A model generated the notes under the pieces. That model was not told the DNA's origin. It searched no databases and was given only the letters and a program-made list of their open reading frames with translations. 32,000 nt of DNA from positions 4,860,001 to 4,892,000 of the forward strand of contig NC_014148.1 of the NCBI RefSeq assembly GCF_000092105.1, in the 5' to 3' direction. The position numbers and the translations under genes were made by a program. This DNA is from Planctopirus limnophila DSM 3776 (GTDB lineage Bacteria > Planctomycetota > Planctomycetia > Planctomycetales > Planctomycetaceae). How positions within the stretch are numbered: the stretch's first letter is position 1; each line of letters opens with the position of its first letter. This document shows, in pieces, positions 18,347 to 27,221 of this stretch.

Positions 18347-19381
18347 ATGTCCGACAAAGAGAACGGTATGTCCTCCACACCCTCAGGGCCAACAACTTCG
18401 AAGGCAGACGATGATCAATCGTCGTCGTCTCGACAGCCCCTGCATTGGGGTCATCTGCTCGCCAAGCTGGGGGCAGCGAATATTGATCGCCGCTGGATTT
18501 TTCTGTTGATGCTGCTGGCCGTGGGTATTCCTGTCCTCACTAAGGCAACATTCCCGGAAAAGCCGACTGCGAACGTCAAAGCGGTGTTCAATCATATTGA
18601 AGAGTTGAAGCCGGGCTCACGCGTGCTGGTTTCGATGGATTACGACCCGGCCTCTGCAGCCGAACTGAATCCGATGGCGGTTTCGTTCCTCCGTCATCTC
18701 GCCAGCCGGGGGCACAAGATTTATCTGATGACGCTTTGGCCAGCCGCATCCCCGCTGATCAATGAGAACACCAATGAAGTCCTGAATGATGAGTTCGCCG
18801 AGAAGAATCTCGAATATGGCAAAGACTGGATGTTTCTGGGCTATCAGGCCGGCGAGGTGGTCGCCATCAAGAAGGTGGCAGACAATCTTCGCGCCCTTTT
18901 TCCCACGGATGCCCGAGGAACCAGTCTGGAAAACATTCCGATGATGGAAGGGATCCATAAGCTAAAGGACTTTGATCTGCTGCTGAATGTTTCGGCAGGT
19001 TATCCGGGGGCCAAGGAATGGGTGCAATATGCCACCACGACCACACGCACACCGATGGCGGTTGGTTGCACTGGAGTGCAAGGCCCGCAGTTGTACCCTT
19101 ACATTCCGGATCGCGTGCTGGGGATTCTCGCTGCGATTAAAGGAGCCGCTGAATACGAAGCCGCTCTTTCTGAAAAGTATCCCAGGTTTGCAGAGCCCAA
19201 ACTCAACGAAGGTTTACAGCGTATGGGGCCACAACTGTGGGCCCATCTGTTGATGATTTGCCTGATTGTGACTGGCAATATTCTGTACGTCCTCTCGCGC
19301 TGCTTCCCGCTCAATGTTTATGGTGTGGGTGCAAATTCTCATCGAGCCGATGTCACTCCTGCTCAAGGAGGGCCGGCATGA
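18347..19381 (+). CDS. Bitopic membrane protein of unknown function: disordered N-terminus, TM, about 230-aa extracytoplasmic domain, C-terminal TM
   Basis: ORF track. TM segments WIFLLMLLAVGIPVL and LWAHLLMICLIVTGNILYVL. No family recognised. Confidence 0.7.
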   Translation: MSDKENGMSSTPSGPTTSKADDDQSSSSRQPLHWGHLLAKLGAANIDRRWIFLLMLLAVGIPVLTKATFPEKPTANVKAVFNHIEELKPGSRVLVSMDYDPASAAELNPMAVSFLRHLASRGHKIYLMTLWPAASPLINENTNEVLNDEFAEKNLEYGKDWMFLGYQAGEVVAIKKVADNLRALFPTDARGTSLENIPMMEGIHKLKDFDLLLNVSAGYPGAKEWVQYATTTTRTPMAVGCTGVQGPQLYPYIPDRVLGILAAIKGAAEYEAALSEKYPRFAEPKLNEGLQRMGPQLWAHLLMICLIVTGNILYVLSRCFPLNVYGVGANSHRADVTPAQGGPA

Positions 19382-20382
19382 ATCAGTCAGCCGATATGGC
19401 ATCTTCCACAGATCTAGGAGTCGCGGGCAGTCCTCCGCGGGATTTCTGGTGGAAGTTTCAAATCTCGTTGATGGTTATTGGCCTTTGTTTTCTGGTGGGC
19501 TGGGGCGTTTATAAGCAAGGTCTTTACGGAACAGTCTACGTTCAAGCCCAAACGATTAAGGCCAAAAACAACACTCTGATTCCGGATTATATCGAGTTGA
19601 AACCTAATGCCACGGACGAAGAGAAGGCCAAAGGTTTTATCTCGTGGCAACGAACGTTAGGAGTCTGGCTGGCGGCAGCAATTACGCTGGCTGTCTTTTC
19701 ATCGCTCTTTCGCGACAACATGTTTTACAAACTGGCCGAGTCGCTGATGGTGGGTGTCTCTGCCGGCTACTGGTTTGTGGTCGCCTTCTGGTCAAGTCTG
19801 GTGCCGCTGGTCTTCGCGAAGTTGCTTCCGGATCTGGCTCAGGCGACAGTGCTCCCTGGTTTGCAGATTCCTCCAGGCTCGTGGCGGATTTTCGGGTATA
19901 CCGCTCCTGATCTCTCCGCACTGTTTCCATTACTTCTCGGAGCCATGCTGCTGGCCCGACTGATCCCTTCATTCAGCTGGCTGGCAAGGTGGCCGTTAGC
20001 TCTCATTGTGGGAACGATGGCAGGGCTGAGGCTGGTCTTGATTATCGAATCAGATTTTGTCGAGCAGATTCGAAGCACCATCCTGCCACTGGTCGTGATG
20101 GTCCCGAACAGTGCTGAAGCCGGTGCACCACTCAAAATCGACTGGCTGCTCTCGCTGCGAAATACGTCGATTATTGCCTGCGTGATCAGCAGTCTCAGCT
20201 ACTTCATCTTTTCAATTGAGCATCGCGGGGCGTTTGGCAGGCTGTCGAGAATGGGAGTCTTTGTGCTGATGATCACCTTCGGTGCATCATTCGCCTATAC
20301 CGTCATGGGCCGAATTACACTCTTGACCATGCGGCTCGAATTCCTGTTCAAAGACTGGCTGCAGTTCGACTGGCTGTTGTAG
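19378..20382 (+). CDS. Polytopic membrane protein of unknown function (about 7-9 TM)
   Basis: The ATG at 19378 forms an ATGA overlap with the upstream stop (19379-19381). Many hydrophobic segments. No family recognised. Confidence 0.7.
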   Translation: MNQSADMASSTDLGVAGSPPRDFWWKFQISLMVIGLCFLVGWGVYKQGLYGTVYVQAQTIKAKNNTLIPDYIELKPNATDEEKAKGFISWQRTLGVWLAAAITLAVFSSLFRDNMFYKLAESLMVGVSAGYWFVVAFWSSLVPLVFAKLLPDLAQATVLPGLQIPPGSWRIFGYTAPDLSALFPLLLGAMLLARLIPSFSWLARWPLALIVGTMAGLRLVLIIESDFVEQIRSTILPLVVMVPNSAEAGAPLKIDWLLSLRNTSIIACVISSLSYFIFSIEHRGAFGRLSRMGVFVLMITFGASFAYTVMGRITLLTMRLEFLFKDWLQFDWLL

Positions 20383-20452
20383 TAATCCGCTCACCGGTGC
20401 AAGTTACGTAGAAGCAAAATTTTTGCATCACTCAACAAAGAGAAATGCAGAA

Positions 20453-20530
20453 GACCCTCACCCTGCCATCTCCCACGCAGACGCGGGCGAGGGTTCAAAA
20501 GCCACATGCGGATGGCGTGGCCACCCTTGG
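20453..20530. repeat. REP-like palindromic intergenic element (truncated copy) between convergent genes
   Basis: The core 20469-20495, TCTCCCACGCAGACGCGGGCGAGGGTT, matches the reverse complement of 29851-29877 at 26 of 27 positions. Confidence 0.75.
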
Positions 20531-20566
20531 CTCGCGATCACGCTAAGTTGTGATGGTATGAGGTCG

Positions 20567-22147
20567 TTACAGTACCGGCCCGGGAGTCCAGGGGAAGAAT
20601 TCATCGTCTCCGAAGCCTTGCTGCTCGCTGCAGGTCTTTTCACCACTGGCGACTTTGAGAACCTTCCGTAGCAGATTTTGGCCTGTCTGTGAGATCGAAG
20701 CTCCGGAAAGGACGCGACCTGCATCAAAATCCATCTCTTCCGAAAGTCGCTCGAATAACGAGGTGTTGGTGGAAATTTTGAGAGTAGGAGCGGGCTTGGA
20801 GCCAAAGCAACTTCCCCGGCCTGTGGTGAAGCAAACGACATGGGCACCACTGGCAATCAGGCCGGTCACACTGGCAGGGTCGTAGCCGGGTGAATCCATA
20901 AAGTTCAACCCGCGATGACGAACCCGCTCGGCATAATCGAGGACATCGACCAGTGGCGAAGCACCACCTTTGGTAATCGCTCCGAGCGATTTCTCGACAA
21001 TCGTCGTCAGGCCACCCTCTTTGTTCCCAAACGACGGGTTGCCATCGAGCGTGGTGCCGAACTTAGCGGCGTAGGCACGCCACCAGGCGACTTTATCAAG
21101 TAACTTCTGAGAGACTTCTGAATCGATCGATCGCGATGCCAGAAGATGCTCGCCACCAAATATTTCCGGCGTCTCCGCAAGGAGTGCTGTCCCACCCTGA
21201 GAAATCAGCAGATCGCTGGCGACACCAAGTGCTGGATTCGCCGTCAGGCCGCTGAAGCCATCACTGCCACCGCACTTCAAACCCATCACCAGTTCGCTGG
21301 CGGGGATCGATTCTCTCTGGCACTTGTTTGCTTCGGGAAGAAGTTCTTTTAAAGCCGCCAGCGCGCGTTCAATCGTTCGGCGGACTCCACCCGCTTCCTG
21401 GATATTGACCAGCAATGGTGGTGCCGACTGCTGAACTTCACCGGAACGCCGCAGTTGCACAAGTCCTTCCTGTTCGATCAGAAAAGATCCCTGTCCTGTT
21501 TCACAGCCCAGCCCGACCAGAAGATAGGCTCCAATGTTGGGATGCCTGGCATATCCACCCAGAATGCGTGCCAGCTGCCGATGATCTGTCCCGCCAAACT
21601 CCATGGCACAGCCACCACTATGCACCAGCGGGATGACTCCATCGACGTTTTCGTACTGGTTCAGAAGATCTTGTGAAATGGCACGCACAATTTTTCGCAC
21701 CACAGTGGAAGAACAATTGACTGTGCCGATAACTGCCACATAGTTTCGCGTGGCCACCCGGCCATCAGGCCGCCGAATCCCGGCAAACGTCATCTCATTT
21801 TCAACATGGGTTGTCGGGCTTGTTGATCGATCATGAGATGAACTGGCTGAATTCGGCTTCGCCAATTGCTGGCAATCCTCCGGCCCCATCACTCGTACAT
21901 TGTGAGTATGCACATGTTCGCCTGCCAGAATATCTCGTGAAGCGATGGCGAATGGCTGGCCGTACTTGAGAATGGGTGTTCCTGCTGCGATCGGAAGCAA
22001 GGCCACCTTGTGCCCGGCACGCACTGGTTGCCTGATGAGAAGTTCCTGGCCTTCGTGCGTCACAGAACCCGCTGGCAGATTCTGTGTTGCCACCGCAACA
22101 TGATCCACTGGCGATAACTGCAGCAATCGAGGTGGCTCTGAGAACAC
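20567..22147 (-). CDS. UxaA-family sugar-acid dehydratase (altronate / galactarate dehydratase type)
   Basis: 526 aa. N-terminal SAF-like segment (DHVAVATQNLPAGS...GHKVAL). Central GLGCETGQ. C-terminal region VVCFTTGRGS. GTG start at 22147. Confidence 0.9.
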   Translation of the reverse strand: MFSEPPRLLQLSPVDHVAVATQNLPAGSVTHEGQELLIRQPVRAGHKVALLPIAAGTPILKYGQPFAIASRDILAGEHVHTHNVRVMGPEDCQQLAKPNSASSSHDRSTSPTTHVENEMTFAGIRRPDGRVATRNYVAVIGTVNCSSTVVRKIVRAISQDLLNQYENVDGVIPLVHSGGCAMEFGGTDHRQLARILGGYARHPNIGAYLLVGLGCETGQGSFLIEQEGLVQLRRSGEVQQSAPPLLVNIQEAGGVRRTIERALAALKELLPEANKCQRESIPASELVMGLKCGGSDGFSGLTANPALGVASDLLISQGGTALLAETPEIFGGEHLLASRSIDSEVSQKLLDKVAWWRAYAAKFGTTLDGNPSFGNKEGGLTTIVEKSLGAITKGGASPLVDVLDYAERVRHRGLNFMDSPGYDPASVTGLIASGAHVVCFTTGRGSCFGSKPAPTLKISTNTSLFERLSEEMDFDAGRVLSGASISQTGQNLLRKVLKVASGEKTCSEQQGFGDDEFFPWTPGPVL

Positions 22148-22204
22148 AGCAGGCTCACTTTTCCAGGCGACTTGACTTTTTGCAGTGACGCGATGACGAA
22201 CGGC

Positions 22205-23473
22205 TTATTCGAGCTTACCCCACTCGATAGCGAGCTGAATCAGTACTTTGACAGCCACTTCCATTTCATCGAGGCTGGCCCATTCGAGTGGCGAATGCGG
22301 GTTATGCTGGCCAGTCGAGAGATTCGGGCAAGGCAAACCTTTAGCCGTAAGGAGAGAACCATCCGTTCCGCCACGAATGATACTCAATATCGGTTCGATC
22401 CCGGCGGCTTTCATGGCAGCCAGAGCCTTCGGCACAGCTCGGGGTTCTTTGGCCAATCCGTCGCGCATGTTGCGATACTGCGGATGGATCGCGATTTCGA
22501 TCGTGGCACGCGGATATTCGACCTTCAACGACTCTGCGATCGATTGCAGGATCCGGGCCTGTGCTGCTAATCCGCTGGTTTCGAAGTCTCGCAGAATGAG
22601 CCGGGCGGAAGCTTGGGCCACTCCCCCTTCGAGATGGTAAGGATGAATAAACCCGTCGCGGCCGTCGGTTGTTTCTGGTGAAACCGCGAGTTTAGGCAGG
22701 CGCGCGATGAGTTCACTCAGAATACGAATGGCATTGACCATGACTCCTTTGCCGACAGAAGGGTGGGTGTTGACCCCTTTGACAGTGATCACGGCCTGAT
22801 CAGCCGAGAATGTTTCGTTATCGACGACACCTTGCCCACCACCATCGAGTGTGTAGCCGCAAATGCAGTCGAGAGCCGCCAGATCGAGATGATCGGTGCC
22901 GCGGCCTATTTCTTCATCGCAGGTAAAGCAGAGCCGGATCGGCCCATGGGGAAGATCACTGCGCATCAGTTCTCGCGCAGCCTGCATGATGACAGCCACG
23001 CCCCCTTTATCATCGCCACCCAACAGTGTCGAGCCATCGGTCGTGATGATGGTGTGTCCCACGGCAGCAGCCAGTTCGGGCTGTTCGGAAGGGCGATGGA
23101 TCTGCCGAGGGTCGGCTGGCAGATGAATGTCCCGGCCATCGTAATGGCGATGCACAATGGGCTGAACGTTTTTCCCACTGTACTCAGGTGAAGTATCGAC
23201 ATGAGCAATCCAGGCAATCGCGGGAAGTTTCTTCCCCCCGGCTCCGTCCGGAATGGTCGCTGGGACTGTGGCCATGACGACCCCGTGAGGACTCATCGAA
23301 CAATCGGCCAACCCCATGGCCTCACATTCCGCGAACAGCAGTCGGGAGAGATCGAGCTGGCTCATGGTGCTGGGAACAGTCTGGCTGGTTTCGTCCGCCG
23401 TCGTTTCGATGCGCACATAGCGCAAGAATCGTTCCAGGAGTTCATCTCGAAAATGGCAAGTAGCGGGAGTCAT
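22205..23473 (-). CDS. pepT: Peptidase T-like M20B tripeptide aminopeptidase
   Basis: LLERFLRYVRIET, AHVDTSP, TTDGSTLLGGDDKGGVA, CDEEIG, IRGGTDGS, HNPHSPLEW. I prefer the ATG at 23473 to the TTG at 23488. Confidence 0.9.
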   Translation of the reverse strand: MTPATCHFRDELLERFLRYVRIETTADETSQTVPSTMSQLDLSRLLFAECEAMGLADCSMSPHGVVMATVPATIPDGAGGKKLPAIAWIAHVDTSPEYSGKNVQPIVHRHYDGRDIHLPADPRQIHRPSEQPELAAAVGHTIITTDGSTLLGGDDKGGVAVIMQAARELMRSDLPHGPIRLCFTCDEEIGRGTDHLDLAALDCICGYTLDGGGQGVVDNETFSADQAVITVKGVNTHPSVGKGVMVNAIRILSELIARLPKLAVSPETTDGRDGFIHPYHLEGGVAQASARLILRDFETSGLAAQARILQSIAESLKVEYPRATIEIAIHPQYRNMRDGLAKEPRAVPKALAAMKAAGIEPILSIIRGGTDGSLLTAKGLPCPNLSTGQHNPHSPLEWASLDEMEVAVKVLIQLAIEWGKLE

Positions 23474-23762
23474 GGACAACCTTTGCAAACGAAGCTCACT
23501 ATGCAGAAACGATACGGCTTAGCGTGACTGTGTTTCTCAGAAAAAGCGAATGAACAAGGCAATCGAAGCAACTGGCACGCGAGCTGCTGTTATGGTTCTT
23601 CGGCAGATTCTGCCGTCGCTTCCACGAGTTGAATGTTCAGTACATGCTCCTCGGAAAAGGTGTCTGCAGAAGTTTGTCTTGAGCTAAATTGTTGCGGAGG
23701 ATAACTTCCGCATGCTTCGCCGAAGTTGCGAGTCATGGATGACGATCACTTCGGGCCAGATG

Positions 23763-23797
23763 CGATTGGTAAAAACGCTAGTAAGTTTTACCAATCG
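23763..23797. promoter_or_regulatory. Perfect 12-bp inverted repeat CGATTGGTAAAA-N11-TTTTACCAATCG, ending 43 nt before the thioredoxin-protease ATG
   Basis: Arms at 23763-23774 and 23786-23797 are exact reverse complements. It could be an operator or a 5'-UTR hairpin. Confidence 0.4.
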
Positions 23798-23840
23798 TTC
23801 TGGAAAGATTTACAAGTCGAACAAGGCAAGGAGGCCTTGC

Positions 23841-26147
23841 ATGGATCGAGATTCGACCATTGCACGCCATGTTTCGCCCACGACCGAGTCGTTTGCAGGA
23901 CAGGTTCCCGGCTGGTACGGAGAAATCCCATCGGCTGATCAACCGGTGCCTGTTGCCGATAGCTCCCGTCGGCCTGCGGAGGTGAACTCCCTCCCTGAGA
24001 CAAAGCTGACTCAGGAAGCATCGAGAGTTTCCCGCTCAGCCGTAGTCTCTGAATCGGGCGTTGAATCTTCCAATAAGTCATCTCTGCATTCTCGATCTCA
24101 CGATCAAGTTTCTAAGCCTGCGAAGACACAGGCCCATGCCTTGCAGATTGCCCTGTCCCATCGCTCGATCATTGCTGAAGCGGATGCAACAGCCGAGGCG
24201 ACAACTCCGGAAGTACCGGTTGCTTCTGCTTTTGAGCCTGAGCTTCCAGCGACAATCCGCAGTTCTCGATTTTTCGTTCACGGCAAACTTTCCCGCACAG
24301 CAGGTCTCGCGAGTGCCATGGCTCTCACGATGACCTTGCTAGTGGCCGCCGTGGTTGCCATTGTCTGTCCCACGACATGGCCGGCTGGTCTGGGGGGTTC
24401 GAATCAGACGCTGAAAGCTGCAGGGACACCGGCCAACTCTGTCGTACTCGACTTTACCGCTTCCTGGTGCGGGCCCTGTCAGCAGATGAGCCCGATTGTC
24501 TCGAAACTGCAAAGACAAGGTTATGCGATTCGCAAAGTGGATGTGGATCAGGAACCCAATCTCGCCCGTCAGTTTCGCGTTGATTCCATGCCCACATTTA
24601 TCCTCGTGATCGACGGCAAAGAAGTGAATCGCATTGTCGGCATGACCAACGAAGCTCAATTGCGACGGATGGCTGAGCAGGCCGTGCAGGGTTCACAACT
24701 CGCACGTGGTCAGCAGGAGCGACTGGCAGTTCCAGGTTCAAAACCACTGCCCAAGACCAATAGTTCACCATTCGATGCCGACGGCGTACCCACCACGGTG
24801 TTGGGTGAATCATCGCGTCTGGAAGCAGAAATTGTCTCCAACCCTCGCAATGCCCCCGCCGCTCCCCGCACTGGAATTCTCAATTCGATTAGCGAAGGCA
24901 TGGGCCTGACCCGATCGGCCAATCCTTCTATTCCTGCAGAACCTAAGCCACCGGCAGCTCCCGCCAACGAACTCTTTCGCGGGAACAATGCAGAAGACGA
25001 TGCCGAAATGACAGTGGCTCATGTTGATCCCACTTTGGCCAGTGTGCGTATTCGAGTTCGCGACAGCCAGGGTGGAATGTCGAACTATGGATCGGGAACC
25101 ATTGTCGATAGCCAGGCTGGCCGCACGACGATCATCACCTGCGGGCATATTTTCCGTGATCTGAAATCCAAGCCTGTTGTCGAAGTGGATGTCTTCCAGG
25201 CTCAAGGGAGTCCTCGGACCTACCTTGGCGAAGTGATGGATTTCAATCTCGATGCGGATGTGGGTCTGATCATGATTCCCACCGAAAAGGCCGTTTCTTT
25301 GGCCCGGCTATCCCCTGTGGATGTGAGACTCGGGCCGGGCGAAGAGATGTTCAGTATTGGCTGCGGTGGAGGCGCCAATCCTTCACGCGAAAGTCACAAG
25401 GTGACAGCCATCAACCGTTACAACGGGCCGGAAAACATTGAATGCACAGGAGTGCCGATTCAGGGTCGCTCCGGTGGCGGGCTGTTCCGAGCCGATGGTC
25501 AATTGGCTGGTGTGTGCATTGCTGCCGATACGAAAGAACGCCGTGGTCTTTATGCCGGTTTGGAACCCATCTGCACCATGCTCGAAAAGCATCGGCTGGG
25601 TGCTCTCGTTCGACGAGAAGGTCGAGGCCGGGCGAATACGGCTGTCGCCAGTGCCGCCCGCACGGCTGATGCAGGAAGTTCGTCTGAAGCCATGGGTGAC
25701 ATCCTGATGGCTGGGGGTGGTAACAATCGCGCAGTTTCAGGTGCTGCGGGTAGTAATAACAGTGGCACGAATGCCGCTGCTGAGGCCGCATTGATGAATC
25801 AATCGCCCGATGCGGAAATCATCTGCATTGTGCGTCCACGCGGTGGTGCGGGAGATAACAGTCGGATTGTGGTTCTGAATCGTGCCAGCCAGACGTTCAT
25901 GACCTATCTGATGGGAGAGGTTGACTCTCAGTCGCAGCGTCTGCCGGTTTCACTCCGAGTGGACGACAACCAGCGGCAGACAGCTTCGTCGGTGTCTGAA
26001 AAATCAGTGGCCGCCGTTGAACCTGCCAGAGAGCCTGCTCGTGAAGCTCTCGGGCCGAGACCGTGGGTTTCGAGCAATTCGACCGCCTTCAAGCGACAGG
26101 TTTTGCCGCGAAGGGAAGAACTTGTGCCTCTGACAGAACGGAAATAG
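23841..26147 (+). CDS. Membrane-anchored fusion protein: disordered N-terminus, TM, thioredoxin domain (WCGPC), trypsin-like serine protease domain, disordered C-terminus
   Basis: An AAGGAGG Shine-Dalgarno sequence lies 7 nt before the ATG at 23841. TM segment GLASAMALTMTLLVAAVVAIVC. Thioredoxin domain VVLDFTASWCGPCQQM...MPTFILV (WCGPC codons at 24465-24479). Protease triad context: GSGTIV...TCGHIF (His), DADVGLIMI (Asp), GRSGGGLF (Ser codon at 25470-25472). Confidence 0.85.
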   Translation: MDRDSTIARHVSPTTESFAGQVPGWYGEIPSADQPVPVADSSRRPAEVNSLPETKLTQEASRVSRSAVVSESGVESSNKSSLHSRSHDQVSKPAKTQAHALQIALSHRSIIAEADATAEATTPEVPVASAFEPELPATIRSSRFFVHGKLSRTAGLASAMALTMTLLVAAVVAIVCPTTWPAGLGGSNQTLKAAGTPANSVVLDFTASWCGPCQQMSPIVSKLQRQGYAIRKVDVDQEPNLARQFRVDSMPTFILVIDGKEVNRIVGMTNEAQLRRMAEQAVQGSQLARGQQERLAVPGSKPLPKTNSSPFDADGVPTTVLGESSRLEAEIVSNPRNAPAAPRTGILNSISEGMGLTRSANPSIPAEPKPPAAPANELFRGNNAEDDAEMTVAHVDPTLASVRIRVRDSQGGMSNYGSGTIVDSQAGRTTIITCGHIFRDLKSKPVVEVDVFQAQGSPRTYLGEVMDFNLDADVGLIMIPTEKAVSLARLSPVDVRLGPGEEMFSIGCGGGANPSRESHKVTAINRYNGPENIECTGVPIQGRSGGGLFRADGQLAGVCIAADTKERRGLYAGLEPICTMLEKHRLGALVRREGRGRANTAVASAARTADAGSSSEAMGDILMAGGGNNRAVSGAAGSNNSGTNAAAEAALMNQSPDAEIICIVRPRGGAGDNSRIVVLNRASQTFMTYLMGEVDSQSQRLPVSLRVDDNQRQTASSVSEKSVAAVEPAREPAREALGPRPWVSSNSTAFKRQVLPRREELVPLTERK

Positions 26148-26207
26148 TCCCTTTCCGGCCATTTGCAGTCCAAGTTGGGACGAATTCCAGAAGATAAATC
26201 GATTTCG

Positions 26208-26243
26208 CAGTGGCCAGGCGTGTACTGGCCACTGTATTTTTTT
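26208..26243 (+). terminator. Rho-independent terminator
   Basis: CAGTGGCCAG (26208-26217), loop GCGTGTA, CTGGCCACTG (26225-26234), then TATTTTTTT. Confidence 0.8.
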
Positions 26244-26475
26244 GAAAATCGACTTGTTTTCCCCTCGTCTGGCGGTCGAAATCTCGTGATGAGAATTCGG
26301 CGAATGTTACGGGACACCTAATTCCTGGTCAGAGCGATTGATCTTTCTCGGGAAAAACAACGTTTTCATCTAGGCCAGGTGCTTGGATCGGCGAGATTGA
26401 CTCCTTGGAGAGGGCTTCTGGCCGATTCTGCCGGACGAATTTTCCCGAACTTGGTGAATTTTGTCCGGGTTTATC

Positions 26476-26504
26476 TTGGCCAAGGCGGTTTGTGTTCGTA
26501 TTAT
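26476..26504 (+). promoter_or_regulatory. Sigma-70-like promoter candidate (TTGGCC-N17-TATTAT)
   Basis: -35 at 26476-26481 and -10 at 26499-26504, with a 17-nt spacer. It lies about 40 nt upstream of the ATG at 26543. This is a pattern match only. Confidence 0.25.
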
Positions 26505-26542
26505 CCCGCAGTCGAAACACTCAACTTAGGGTCAAACCGAGT

Positions 26543-26869
26543 ATGCCACAGACCATGACAATCCACACCCCGGCAGTTTTGCCAGCTCCGCTGAGCTTTG
26601 CGGAGTCGGGTTTGGGTATTGGTGGTCTGCGTCGCTGGCTCTCGGCGATGAATGCCCGCATGTTTTCCGGGCGTCTCAGTGTTGTCTACCGCCGCCGGGC
26701 CTCAGCGATTCGCCATGATTCGGCCATTCGCTCGCTGGCCTTGGTTGATCAGGTGATGACGCTGGCCACAGGTATCAGCAAACGCACTCGGCTTTCCGCC
26801 TGCACTCATGCACTTCGGCTGGATGGTTCATTGTGCCTTTTGAGTCGAACACCCCTCCTCAAGCGATGA
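26543..26869 (+). CDS. Hypothetical Arg/Ala/Leu-rich 108-aa protein (doubtful)
   Basis: Internal ATG of track ORF 26405..26869. No Shine-Dalgarno sequence, no recognisable family, and basic low-complexity composition. Confidence 0.3.
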   Translation: MPQTMTIHTPAVLPAPLSFAESGLGIGGLRRWLSAMNARMFSGRLSVVYRRRASAIRHDSAIRSLALVDQVMTLATGISKRTRLSACTHALRLDGSLCLLSRTPLLKR

Positions 26870-27054
26870 TACCGCTGCCCGCAGCCGGCGGGGGTAAACA
26901 AACGGTCGCTGCAGTGAGCTATCTCGCGGACGGCGTTCTTTAGGTTGAACAGAAGGTTTACTGTTTGACGCTTCTCTGGCAGCCAGTTACTGGCTGAACA
27001 ACAGGCGATCTTCCAAACACCTTCTGATTCTGTCACCTCTGCCTGGTTTTCGAA

Positions 27055-27171
27055 TCTCAGTGACTCAATTGCTAATAAGCAATTCAGCACAATGCCCGAA
27101 CTTCAGTGATCTGGCAGGTTTGAACTCCAGACAGTCGTGCGACTCTCAGTGACTGAGATTTCTCAGCCACT
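27055..27171 (+). promoter_or_regulatory. Motif cluster in the decarboxylase leader: TCAGTGA x3, an 11-mer x2, a palindrome and a hairpin
   Basis: TCAGTGA at 27057, 27103 and 27146. Exact TCTCAGTGACT at 27055-27065 and 27144-27154. AATTGC-TAATAA-GCAATT at 27067-27084. Hairpin at 27148-27171 with one mismatch. Confidence 0.35.
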
Positions 27172-27221
27172 CAGGTCGCAGAGCAGAGACCAAACGAATG
27201 TCTTCAGCCGCATGGAGTGAA

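Noticed and set aside
20414-20426. 13-nt AT-rich palindrome GCAAAA-T-TTTTGC after the membrane-protein gene
   Set aside because: It is too short, and with a 1-nt centre it cannot form a hairpin. It is plausibly chance.
24396-24405. GGTTCGAATC, a tRNA T-loop-like string
   Set aside because: It lies in frame inside the thioredoxin-protease CDS. There are no flanking acceptor or anticodon stems. It is not a tRNA.
26228-26234. GCCACTG, resembling the B12-box core of cobalamin riboswitches
   Set aside because: It is simply the 3' arm of the terminator hairpin. None of the other cobalamin riboswitch elements are present.
26329-27090. Minus-strand ORFs 26329..26520 (63 aa) and 26806..27090 (94 aa) in the gene-poor region
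   Set aside because: They are short, with no start context or family signal and with low-complexity composition. I kept only the plus-strand 26543 ORF, as a doubtful candidate.
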